The position numbers and the translations under genes are program-made. Shown piece by piece: positions 36,503 to 47,244 of a stretch of 47,244 nucleotides of DNA. The DNA comes from Folioceros fuciformis. Its lineage: Eukaryota. The stretch covers positions 33,154-80,397 of the forward strand of contig JBNGIO010005797.1 in assembly GCA_049999805.1 (NCBI GenBank), given 5' to 3'. Position 1 is the first letter of the stretch. Every line of letters starts with the position of its first letter. The notes below the pieces were generated by a model. It made no database searches, was not told the DNA's origin, and saw only the letters and a list, made by a program, of their open reading frames with translations.

Positions 36503-39182
36503 AATGTACAGGATGTACACGCATGCATTGCTAGTGCGTGAAACGTCACACGAAAGGACCCCATCAAGCATCCTAAACCTAGTACAGGTACGAAGAGGCC
36601 CACCAACGATTGAGTGAAGTGGTCAGATCTTTTAGGTGTGATGTGCAGAAGTCCTGACAAGTGTCATAATAGTCTCGACACAAAGCGGAGTCCCCAAGAA
36701 TACGCGTCACTTCACTACAACTGGCATAGGCACAAATGCACAGATGCAGATGCGCAAGAGCAGATGCGATGCCATCCTCCCCGTATGCTTACACTGAGAA
36801 ACTTGAAAACTTTGGTTTCGTACTCCTTTGTTCTGACTAGATGTAAGCTTGCTCTCTTGTCTCTTGCCCAGACCTTCACTCAGTCTACCTAGATGTAGGC
36901 TTGGTCTGGTCTCCTCCGTTTGGTCACTCTGACTAAATGTAAGTTTGCTAGGCTCCCTTGCTTTGCTTTGCTTTGCTTGGCTTGGCTTGGCTCGGTCTTA
37001 GTCTCACTGCCTTGGTCTTGGTCTTGGTCTCGGGTCTGACTAAATGTAAGCTGGCTCTGCTCTGCTCTATCTACCTCTTCCTCTGACACGACGACCAAAG
37101 GGTGATATTTGACAAAGCAAAGCAAAGCAACTCTAACTTATGACTAATTGAATAAAGGGAGTTAGGGTGCGTTTGATGCAACCCTGGTTCCGTAATACTA
37201 AACATTAAGTAAGCCAAAGTGGGAGATTAGACATTACGCAAGCATCAGGCCATGGGATGTGGGCTGTGGAGCGCAGGCTTACGTGTGTAGTTATGTGGGT
37301 GTTACGGTGTTACGGAGGACCATGATTTGTTTCCCAACAGAAGAGTCCAGCAAGCCGTGATGTGGTGCTAATCCAAAGTCAAATTGTGGTTACACCGGTA
37401 CTCGGAATTAAAGTCCGCCGTGCGGCGTTTCAATCCGAAGTTGGTCACACGATTTTCCCTCAGATCGTGAATGAGGTGAAGGCAGGCTTGCAGAGGCCAG
37501 GCCAGGCCACGCCTGGCCTGGTCTGGCCTGACCGTCCCTGCCTCTGGGCGCGCCGGCTGGCTGTGTGCCTCCTCTGCCATGTCCCAGAGCCTTCACGCTC
37601 CGATTATACCTCGGGACAGCTTGCAAGCACTGCCTTCCCCGTCGCCCTTGGATTGTGTTAAGGTCAATCCAGCTTGATTGACCTGAGGCACCTGAGCCCG
37701 CTCAGTCGGTGCACACTGCACACTGCCCAGCTTTCCGCTGTCCTTTTCCTGGATGCATAAGCCTCAAGAGCTTCCCTCATAGCCAATGCCTTTATCAGCC
37801 TTCCTCCTCGGGCCTCATGAATCGCTCACCTCCGACTGCCCCTTCTTCTATCCTATTCTGCCCTTCTCTCTATCTCTGTGCGGTGCTGCGCTGCGTGTGC
37901 TGTGCTGTGCTGCTAGTAGTGGTGCCCCCGCACACGCACTTGTTGCAAACAGACCCAATTGCATCCCTCTCTCTATCCATCGCCATCACCATCGGTAGGA
38001 TCGGCCGATCATTCTCGACGGGGCCACCGGAGATTTGCGCTCGGGTCTCAGCCCAACCCAACACAACCCAAGCTTTAGCCGAAACCAGAGAGCTTTCCCC
38101 ACTCTCACAGATATCAGCTATAACAGTAGCAGTTACTTAGACCTGTGGGTTGTGGGTTGGGGTCGTGGCTTGATTGAAATCAGCCAGCGAAACGAAAGAC
38201 TGCTGCGAGAAGCGAGCTCGCATGCGCACAGATTGACTTCCTTCACCCACAGTCTTAGCAAGGCTAAGGCCGGGACGGAGGGAGCGTAGCTGTACAGCCA
38301 GGTCTCTCTTACCTGTCTTGTCTGGAATTACCTCTGTACCACACACTCCGAGCCCAGGCCCAGGCCCAGGGCCAAGCCCGGGCCGGGCCGAGGGCAAGGT
38401 GTTGCCTAGTTGGGCTGCGTTGGGGGCTTTCCTTCTCTCTCACACCCCACGCCTTTCCTTCTTCTTCTCCTCCTCCTCCCGCTGCCACTTCTTCTGCCTC
38501 TGCCTCGTTCTGCTCTCTCTGCGGTGCTGTGCTGTCGAAACTTGTGCACCGCACAGGGTCCTGCATTCCTGCTTCCTGCCTACCCCTCCATCTGTCCACT
38601 CCCCAGAGTCCGTCCATCCTGGGGATCCCAGTTTTGCTTCTTCCTCTCCTGCATCCACCGAGCGTGGTTTTTACTCTCGCCTCTCTCACCCCAAGCCCCA
38701 GGGAGCGGAGCTTTCCTTGAGCCTCAGGTCAACCCTTGCAAGCGAATGCTACAAGGAGAGCCTTTATGAGCTTCGCTGGAAAGGAGAGAGGCGCATGGAG
38801 TATAAGAGGGCTCTAGGATCTCACCTTCCTCACCACAACAACCATTCCAGCAGTCAAACATTTGCAATTGCAATTGCAATCGCAATTTCTTGCCTGCTAG
38901 CCTTCCCTGCGCATGCGCAGCCCTCCCTCCCTCTCCCCCCTCCATGACACACTTCACGCTCCTCCTCATTTCAATTGCGCATTGCCTTCCTCGGGCCTTG
39001 CAATCCGCACCTCCAGCTTCTTTTGAAGAGCGGTAGGAAAATCTCAGAGAGCGCCTCCGGGGACTTCAAAGCAGTAGAGCGGCAGCTTGCTCTGCTGCTG
39101 TGCTGGAGCTGGTGTAGCCTGCTTGTGAAGAAAGCCCTTCAACTGGTTCGGAGCAACTCACAAGCGGATTCGGAGGCTGAAG

Positions 39183-41986
39183 ATGGGGAGGACGCCCTGT
39201 TGCGACAAGGATCTGGGACTTAAGAAGGGGCCATGGACCCCGGACGAGGACCAGATTTTGGTCGACTACATCCGCCGGCATGGAACTCACGGAAGCTGGA
39301 GAGCACTACCCAAAAACGCGGGTAATTTCATCACCTTCCTCGAATTCCTCACTCCCCACAAAACGCGCCTCCCCCGAGAGGGAAACGCGTTTTCACTGGT
39401 CGCCGTCATCGTCGCCCTCGTCTGTGCCATTGTCCTCTCCAGGAGGAGGGTAGCGAGGCCCAGCACTGTGTGTGGAGTTTTTGTATGAATTGTTATGGCC
39501 TGCGTCCGCTGCGAGAGGGAAAAGCTGCCTCTGCTTTGAGCATTCTGTTTTGAATGAGGCCGCTTGTTTGGCAAATGTCGCTTGCAGGGATTCCCTAGAG
39601 TTGCTCTTTTGCTTGGTCGATTGAGGCTTGGCCAACGATCTCTGTTGTATGAAGAACAGTGATGGTCGCTGGCCAATGGGGAAACTGCACTCACTTGACA
39701 GTTGTTTATTCGTAAATGTGAGCCAGGCTTGCTGAGATGCGGGAAGAGTTGCCGCCTGAGATGGACCAATTACCTGCGGCCTGACATCAAGCGGGGGAAC
39801 TTCTCGATGGAGGAAGAGCAGTTCATCATCGCCCTGCACGGAATGCTTGGAAACAGGTACTTCCAGACTCCATACACTGTGAACACGGACTTTTCAGACT
39901 GTGAGCCGCCTTTTCGAAGCCTCTGCCGCTTCTGGGACTCTGAAGAAGACGATCCTGGAACGACAGTTTGGAGGGATATTGGAGGGATTCTGAAGTTAAC
40001 CTGAAGTCGTTGATATGGTTGATGTGTAGATGGTCTGCTATCGCTGCGCATTTGCCCGGACGCACGGACAACGAGATCAAGAATTTCTGGAACACCCATC
40101 TGAAGAAGCGCTTCAGCGGAGTACCGTTCCACATCAGGAAGCCGACCTTCAGTGATCTGCTCAACGGGCACAATCCGGTCGCAGCGTACCTCACCAGCAG
40201 CTACAACAACTGCCTGACTCAGATGATTGCCAATGGCAGCATGTCGCAGCACTGGGACGAGGCCGCCCGGCTCTCTGGCCAGCTCCAGACTCTTGCTTCC
40301 ACTTCCTCCTTCAATGCGCTGCAGCAACAGGCTGGAGCGCATCCAACTGCTGCAGCGAGCTCCTCCTCTGCTGTTTGCTTCAATCACCCGCCTCCGTTTG
40401 GTGCAGCTGTGAACAAGGATTCTGGAGGGGTTGTGGATGTGGAGGGAGCCAGACAGAGAGCTTCCACTGCTTCCAGAGCCGTTCTCCGGGCCCTGAAGAG
40501 CTGTGGGGAACACGCCCAACATCAGCACGGCTTTCAGGCTCCGAGCTACTCAGACGGTTTGGGTGTTACAATTCCGGCGGTGGCCTCTCTTCTCGTGCCA
40601 GATCACGGCCATGGCCAGCAGGACAGTTTCCTGGGAAGACTGCACACCCTGGATGCTTCTGCTGCGCAGCAAGCTGCAGACGGCAGCATGTTCCACCACA
40701 TGCAGGGAGGGAACCCCGGCTGGTCCAACTCCTCTGCCGGAGCGAACACCGCTTTCCTCAGAGCAATGAGAACACAACAGCAGATGAGCCAGATGAGCCA
40801 GATGAACGGCACTGGAAACGCAGGCATGGCAGCTTCCAGGGCGGATTATGGTAATAACTTTGGCAACTTCCTGAGCGCCGGCTTCAAAGATCTGGATGAC
40901 AACTGCAGCGCTGTGCTGTCGAGGACCACCTTCGAAGTTCCGCAGGTTCCCAATCTGATGATGGGGTCCGTGGAAGGATGTTTTGGATCAAACAGGCACA
41001 TGGGCGGTACGAACTTCGGTGCCCAGGGACTCCCTGGTGAAGGGTCCGACGCGGATCGAGCCTTTCATCTTCAGAATCTCCAGCAGAACAGCGGCGACGT
41101 CTTGCACATCGTACCGAACATGCATACCAGTGGACACTTGGACTTGTCCAAGCTGTGGCAAGACTGGGACCATGCGTCGATGGGGGCCATGGGACCGATG
41201 GCTGTGAAGCGAGGTCAGGACCAGCCTTTGTTTGTGACACCGCAGATGCTTCACAGCTCCTCTCCGGACATGACAGGAGCTTCGGACTCCATGATATCTA
41301 ACGGAAGCAGCAGCGCCACGTTCATGAACCCACAGGCAACGGATTTGATGTCAGGGACCGTGAAGGTGGAGCAGGTGGACGGATCTTCCATCCGCTCTAG
41401 CCCAGCAAGCTCCTCCCGCCACTCTTCTCTCGGCTACAGCCCTTGCAGTTCTGGCGCTGTGGATTTCTTACCTCCTCAGTCCACCATGGAATGTTTAACC
41501 ACATCTGGGGTGACCTCTCTCTGCGCTGCACCGTGTATGGAGCAAATGACTGTGAAGAACTCCGAGATGGAAGATGCGTTCAGGAGCACGTTCCTTGCAG
41601 CCCAGCAGACAACGTCCATCTCGGACATAATTGATGGCGGCTCCTGCGATGGCAACCTCATGGTGCAGCCATTTGCAGGCCTAACCAGCCCTTCATGTGA
41701 CCATCTCTTCGGCTATTCTGGGCGGATGTCTGGCATCCCTGCCCCCGATGTGATGACCATGCAGAGCACCGGAGGTTCCACCATAAACGGTACCATCTCT
41801 AGCAGCTTGTCTACATATGACAGCCCCGGCAACGACGTCACTTGGCCTGGCAACGACATTCAGCTTGCTGGGGATCCCAGTGGCATGAGTTCTAGCTCTG
41901 GCATGACCTGCTCCAGCAGACAGACTTACTGGAGTGACATGCTCAACATCGTTGGGATGCCTTCTTCCTCCGCAGCTCCCAATTGA
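39183..41986 (+). CDS. R2R3-MYB transcription factor, 3 exons (39183-39321, 39727-39856, 40030-41986), ~741 aa
   Basis: [89 protein letters not shown]; typical R2R3 intron positions. Confidence 0.96.
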
Positions 41987-44269
41987 CAGATTTGGTGAAC
42001 ACAGTTGATCATTTGTGGCTTGATCTATCCGTCTTCTACGAAGCATGCAATAGCGACCGCAGGCAGGAATGTGGAGTTTTTTTAGGAGTTCCTAGCTCTG
42101 GTAACACTTTGCTCAGTTGTTTGCGTCTAGGAAGGGTGTCGAATGCTGGACTTAGCCAGGTACGTGATAGATAGCGTTGTGTCTCTGGATTCTGGATTGA
42201 GTCCCCCATAGCCCGCTAGGTAGACTGCTGCGGATGGTCTGATAAACTATTATATCTATATTGTACAGCATATATAATCACCGTTTTTGTTCCTTTTTTT
42301 ATTGTTGATAAAGAAAGGTTCTCTGTCTGGCTCCATGCATTTCGACACTGCAAGCTAAGGTTGCGGGCACGACCTCTTTGTTGCTTGTATGTGTGTGGGA
42401 ATCCAAGGTAGGAGAGACGAGGTCGGCTGTGCAACGATACAAACAACTGCCCGCTCCACGTCCTTGCGAGGAACGTCCCTACAGACCTACCACGAGACCG
42501 ATTCGCAAGGAGCATGTGCGGGCAGCTCTCTGCTAGATCTCTGCAACACTCAAGTATGTAGTAGACAATGTCATGGGCCAGTACTGGTAGTGCGTTTGGA
42601 CAAGTTCCTGAGGCTGTGCAGGATATGGACGTTGAAGCCAGCTAAGAGCTTCTGCAATTTCCGGAACAATGGCATCAACACTCAACTTGGTTTCCGTAAC
42701 ATGCTCAGTGTAAGGCTCGATCCTGGAGGTGGTGGCAGACAGGATGAACTGGGCCGACAAAGGGAATTGGATGTAGCTCACGCTCACCCTCAACTTCAAC
42801 CTACAACTCCAGCACATAGCGTCCTCTCAAGATTCCTACTGGATGTCCCAGCAACAATGGCCTGTCACCTTACACCCTTCTTCACGTGAGACCCTCTGAC
42901 ACGGCAGACTGTGTCTTGGACCCAAGGCATGCTCGGGCCGGGATGCCCGAAAGCCTTTGGACCACCCACCTGCCAAATTTTACTGAAGGCGAGTTTGAAA
43001 AGTCAAATGCCAAAGCTGTAAGGGCTTCATGTCGCATTGGCACCACTGGCGGCGATGGTTGCTCCACCTTTGAACTGCCATGGTGCAGATATCATGTGAT
43101 CAAGATGGTGCAGCATGAAGGCAAGGCCTCTTTCCTGGTATGCACACCAGATTCCTTGCCAGAAAGAGGTAAACGTCAGCAGATCTCGTTAATTTTCGTT
43201 ATGGTGTACATGACAAGGAAAGGTTAATCTCTTATATGGTTTAGGCTCTCATGGGTTATTCCCTCAAGTGTTGCAGTATTTGTGGTATTCTAAGGACAAA
43301 GAGTGTCCATCGCCCGAATCAGCAGTAAGTAGGCTCTTCCATAGTAGGGGAGGGGCTATGATTTCCTACATGCAATAGAAAGCTACAAGGTAGGTTAGAT
43401 AGCAAAAGGGATACGAGTCCTATGTGAAACGTGTAGTTACCGTAAGAAAAAAATCTAGAGTCGAAAAATGAGCTCAAGGACGGAATGCGAGGGTATGGGG
43501 TAATAGTGTAAAGCCAGTGAGACCCGGTTCCTGATATCTAACGGAGTTCAAACCAGTAGAATCGGATGGTATGATAGCTCCAACCGCCTGACAAATGGAC
43601 GCAGTACAGTGGGCGTAATGTTTTCAATTTTACAAGAATAGGTCTCTCTGATGCCGGACGTAAATGGACACAATTGGTACATATGCAACACAAGGCCAAC
43701 AGCCCTGCAAGTCAACTCCAAACTTCCACTTGGAGAGATCCATGAAGCATTATCACGTAGGCCACCCTGGGCATCAATTATAGGCGGCAACAGTGTTTAG
43801 CTTCTGGACAACATGACTCTGCACATTTAACAAGCTCTGATAATCAAAAGGAGCTCCGAAACAGTGAGCAGGTCTGTACACTAACCGAAAGCTCTTGCAA
43901 TCTAAGCACCATAAGCCACTGAGAAGCCAGTCAGTCTGGCAAAAGCTCCCCGGACCAGGACACACGAGCACAAGAATGAAATAGCAGACGCTCGAATACG
44001 TCCGTGCTGCTGCTATTTCCAGTCCCACGACAAGCTTGCCCAGCTGTCCAGTTCAAGTTTCCCAAATTCAGACAACCTCCCAAACATGGCTCCACTATGA
44101 CTTCGCTCCGCTGTTATCTTTCCCCGCATCCAATCAATTGTCCCTAACGTCGTCCATCCGGAACAGCAAGGCTCCAGACCAACACCGACGTCAAAGAGGC
44201 AGCAGTGGATCACAGAACAGAACTTCCTGTGCTCAGAACATTTGCTACTTGGGTCAACACAAGTGTCAG

Positions 44270-46845
44270 CTAAGCAAGATAACGATATAGTTTTCTGTCT
44301 GTCCTGTCTCTTTCCAAGAACTCCCGCTCAATGAGCGATTCAATTCTCTTCTTGATGACAGCTGGATTTGGAAGAAATCTGGCCTGCAGTTGCTTCGTAA
44401 CTTCGCTGATGATGTTGTTGTGATCCAGAACACGCCTGGATTTCATAATTCTTACAATGGCTGCCTCAATCTGGGGCTTCCTATCTTCTTCCACTTTCTG
44501 GCGTGTCTCCTGCTTCTCGGGTTCACTTTCTTTCTGAGCCACGACAGTGCTGATTTTCACCTTGTAAAACTTGCTGGAGTATTTCTCATTAAACAAGAAG
44601 ACATCATCTTCACTGATGTCCTTGCTCATTGGCTCCTTCCTCAGAACATTTTTACCTTTCACACATGCCAAGGACTGCAAATTTCTCTTCAAATCCTGTG
44701 CCGGAATGTCAGTTGTTTGCTCTATTTCTCTGTACGTTAGCCTCTCATTGGTGTTGAAAAGAAGGAGAATGCACATCTGGTAGGTGGACACATTAAGTTC
44801 ATGTTTCACCCCATTGCCAAATGTAGCCTTGAGATCTGCTGTCCCCATATTCGTCTGCCAGGTTAGACGCCTCCCTGTGTGCGTTGAGAGGTAATATGCC
44901 TTGAACCTCTCACACATATTCAACACTTCCGTAGGCAGATTACACCTTGCACCAGACTGGGTGGGCCATGATCCTGTGGTAAGGACCTGCACTGATAAAG
45001 TTGGACCATCAGCTCCTTCTCCATTGCACCCTGATGCATGAAACCCCTGCATCGTATCCCTCGACGTTTTCATGTCGAGAAACATGCCTTCCAACTTTGA
45101 GGTGAACTGATAACCACACTCGGTCTTCAGTTTGACAATGAGACTTCTCTCTGCATCATCAGATACTGTCCTGCCAGATAGCAGTCGCTTTGCCAGGTGC
45201 TGCTTATAGTACTTCTCAAAAACGTCCTTCTCTTGCAAATACCTGAACAACATCATCACCTTATCCAACACAGTCTCAACGTCTTCTTCGCTCATCCCTT
45301 TGAGCCCTTTCCTCAGCTTGTCATCTACAAATAATGAAATGAATTCAGGCGACCTCACATTGAGGTTGATGAAAAACTCGAAAGATGAGTTCAAGGCATT
45401 TTGGAATGTCTTGTCATTATTGAAGGATGACAAGATAATCTTATCATACTTGTCCTTCTCGTCCAGCAAGCTCTTCACAAATTCTACAGGATCTTTGAGC
45501 TTCTCGGGATCCAAAACTAATTGCCTGCCTGTGTCACGCAAGTGCGCGACCATGACATCCCGGATGGTCTGTAGGCCAGTGGGGACCCGGCGAAAGAGGT
45601 TATACATGCGCAGAAGATCGTCGTACTTGTCATCAATGAGCATGGAAACCAGCCCTGAATTTTCCATCTCCACGAGCAGCTTCATGTGGTTCCCAATCAT
45701 CTCCCGCTCAACAACAGCCGTTATCTTTGCCTCACTTTTGGCATCCAGATACTGGGAGACCCTCTCTATCTCCTCGATGAGCCTCCTTTCTGCCTTCTTC
45801 AGATAGTCTGCACAATCACTAGTTTGGATAAACTGCTGTGCCTCTGATCTGTAGAACAAGGCAGAGGCCTCCAGAAATGGCTTCTCGAAGTCCTCCTGAT
45901 ACACACTGGCTCCCAAGTCCATCAGCATCTTTGTAATATTCCGCATCAATCCTCTGTTGATGATTTCCCCTGTACGTTCCCTCTGCACTAGGTCTAAAAG
46001 GGTATCCAGTAGCCGATCCCTAATCTTCGGGAACCTTACGATGTTATCCCGCCACAGATTCAAGCCGAGCTCGTGCACAGGAGTCTTGCTATTGTTGGTG
46101 ACGTACGTCCTGTCCATGTACATCAAAATATCTCGGATCATCTGCAGGGACTTGTTATGCTCTAACCACTTGCTGTTCAACTCCTCGAGATACAAACCCC
46201 CTTGAGCAGCCTCAATGGACTTGGAGATCTCCCGGAGATGCTCTGTCATGGTATTCACGAGCTCGTTGTAGAGCTTCTCACCGCACTTGTGGAGAACCAT
46301 GTAGTAAGCATTCCTGTACAAACCCCAACCGTTCATTCCAGTGCAACGAGACAGTCATCATCAAGGAAACCACTCAGACATCATCGTCCATGCTCTACTG
46401 CGTGCTACAAACGGTTCAACACGATCGCAGATCATCGGGTAAATTCACGCTCTGCCAACATAATCTTCATCCCACTCACACTCCCCGAGTCATAGCACGA
46501 CCCTGACAACTCGTGCGCACCATGTGCAAACCACAGTTGTTGGCTGCAACTTGCAATGGAGATAGAGAACACATGGCAACAAGCATTCCACCCAAGCAAG
46601 GCCACATCCACCACAAGACAGCAGCCAACAGGGTACGGCCAAAAAAAAAAAAACATCCGAAAGCAGAGAACGCACCGATAAAGCTCCTCGAAGGAGAGCC
46701 CACTGGCGTTATGGTTATAGATTTCGTGAATTGCGTCCTCCAGAATCTTCCACGTCTTCTCAGCATACTTGGGATCCATCTCCACCTTGTGCTTGAAGGG
46801 CTCGATCTTGAAATTTTTCTTGGTCTTGAGCTGATGATTACTCAT
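44270..46845 (-). CDS. CUL3: Cullin-3, 2 coding exons (46676-46845, 44270-46313), ~737 aa
   Basis: NHNASGLSFEELYR/NAYYMVLHK; SPEFISLFVDDKLRKG; KDVFEKYYKQHLAKRLL; neddylation site EAAIVRIMKSRR; ends KLYRYLA*. Confidence 0.98.
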
Positions 46846-47244
46846 CTTGAGCGAACGTTCCCGGCGAACCGGCCCCCTCCCGCAACACCGGATTGAATCT
46901 CACCGCCCGGCAGCAACAGCAGCAGCAGTAGCAGCAAGCGCAAGCGCACCAGAAAAAGGGGTGGCCACCCTGCCGTCACCCTACGCCGCACCGCCGAATC
47001 AGTGGCAGCTCATCACCATGACACACCCGCCATGCCAGACACGGAATGAAGCGGGTCACCAAAACCTACGTCCGCGGCCGCATCTCCAGGGACGAGGCGC
47101 CGGCAGAAGCAACCGCTGCGGCAGGCTCCCGATGTGCGCCTGCAAGGCGCCAATCCAGGAAATGGGCTATTGGGCCGGCCAAGCTTGCCGGCTGTCGCTG
47201 GCCCGGACTCGGACTCGCACTTCCTTGCGCAGCCTCTTAGGCCT

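Noticed and set aside
40056-40075. miR858 target site in the MYB PGRTDNE codons
   Set aside because: Several mismatches to the recalled miR858 complement; the similarity reflects the conserved codons.
39770-40528. Antisense ORFs over the MYB (and similar ones over CUL3 at 45300-45806, AHA1 and the WD40 gene)
   Set aside because: Shadow ORFs opposite well-supported genes.
42389-43227. ORFs between the MYB and CUL3
   Set aside because: No recognisable domain in any frame examined; likely UTR or intergenic sequence.

Overview
Eukaryotic land-plant nuclear DNA, gene-dense over the first ~31 kb, with short GT-AG introns and two 100-N gaps. The compact organisation suggests a small-genome non-seed plant such as a hornwort (inference only). 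Genes in order: intronless WD40/DWD protein (-), COA3-like small protein (+), conserved uncharacterised protein (-), WDR82/SWD2 (+), AHA1 (-), tRNA-Leu(UAG) (-), LPA3/DUF1995 with a U12-type intron (-), a GT8-GT64 glycosyltransferase fusion (-) head-to-head with Serinc (+), a TATA-preceded miRNA-like hairpin (+), a membrane-anchored SAM methyltransferase (-) head-to-head with NOA1/RIF1 (+), an 8-exon MTHFR/MetF-like gene that no single ORF captures (+), an ~8 kb repeat-rich interval, a long R2R3-MYB (+) and CUL3 (-). Best novelty candidates are the GT8-GT64 fusion with Serinc (possible GIPC sphingolipid module), the short MTHFR-like protein, and the unassigned miRNA hairpin. All family calls come from motif recognition; no searches were run.
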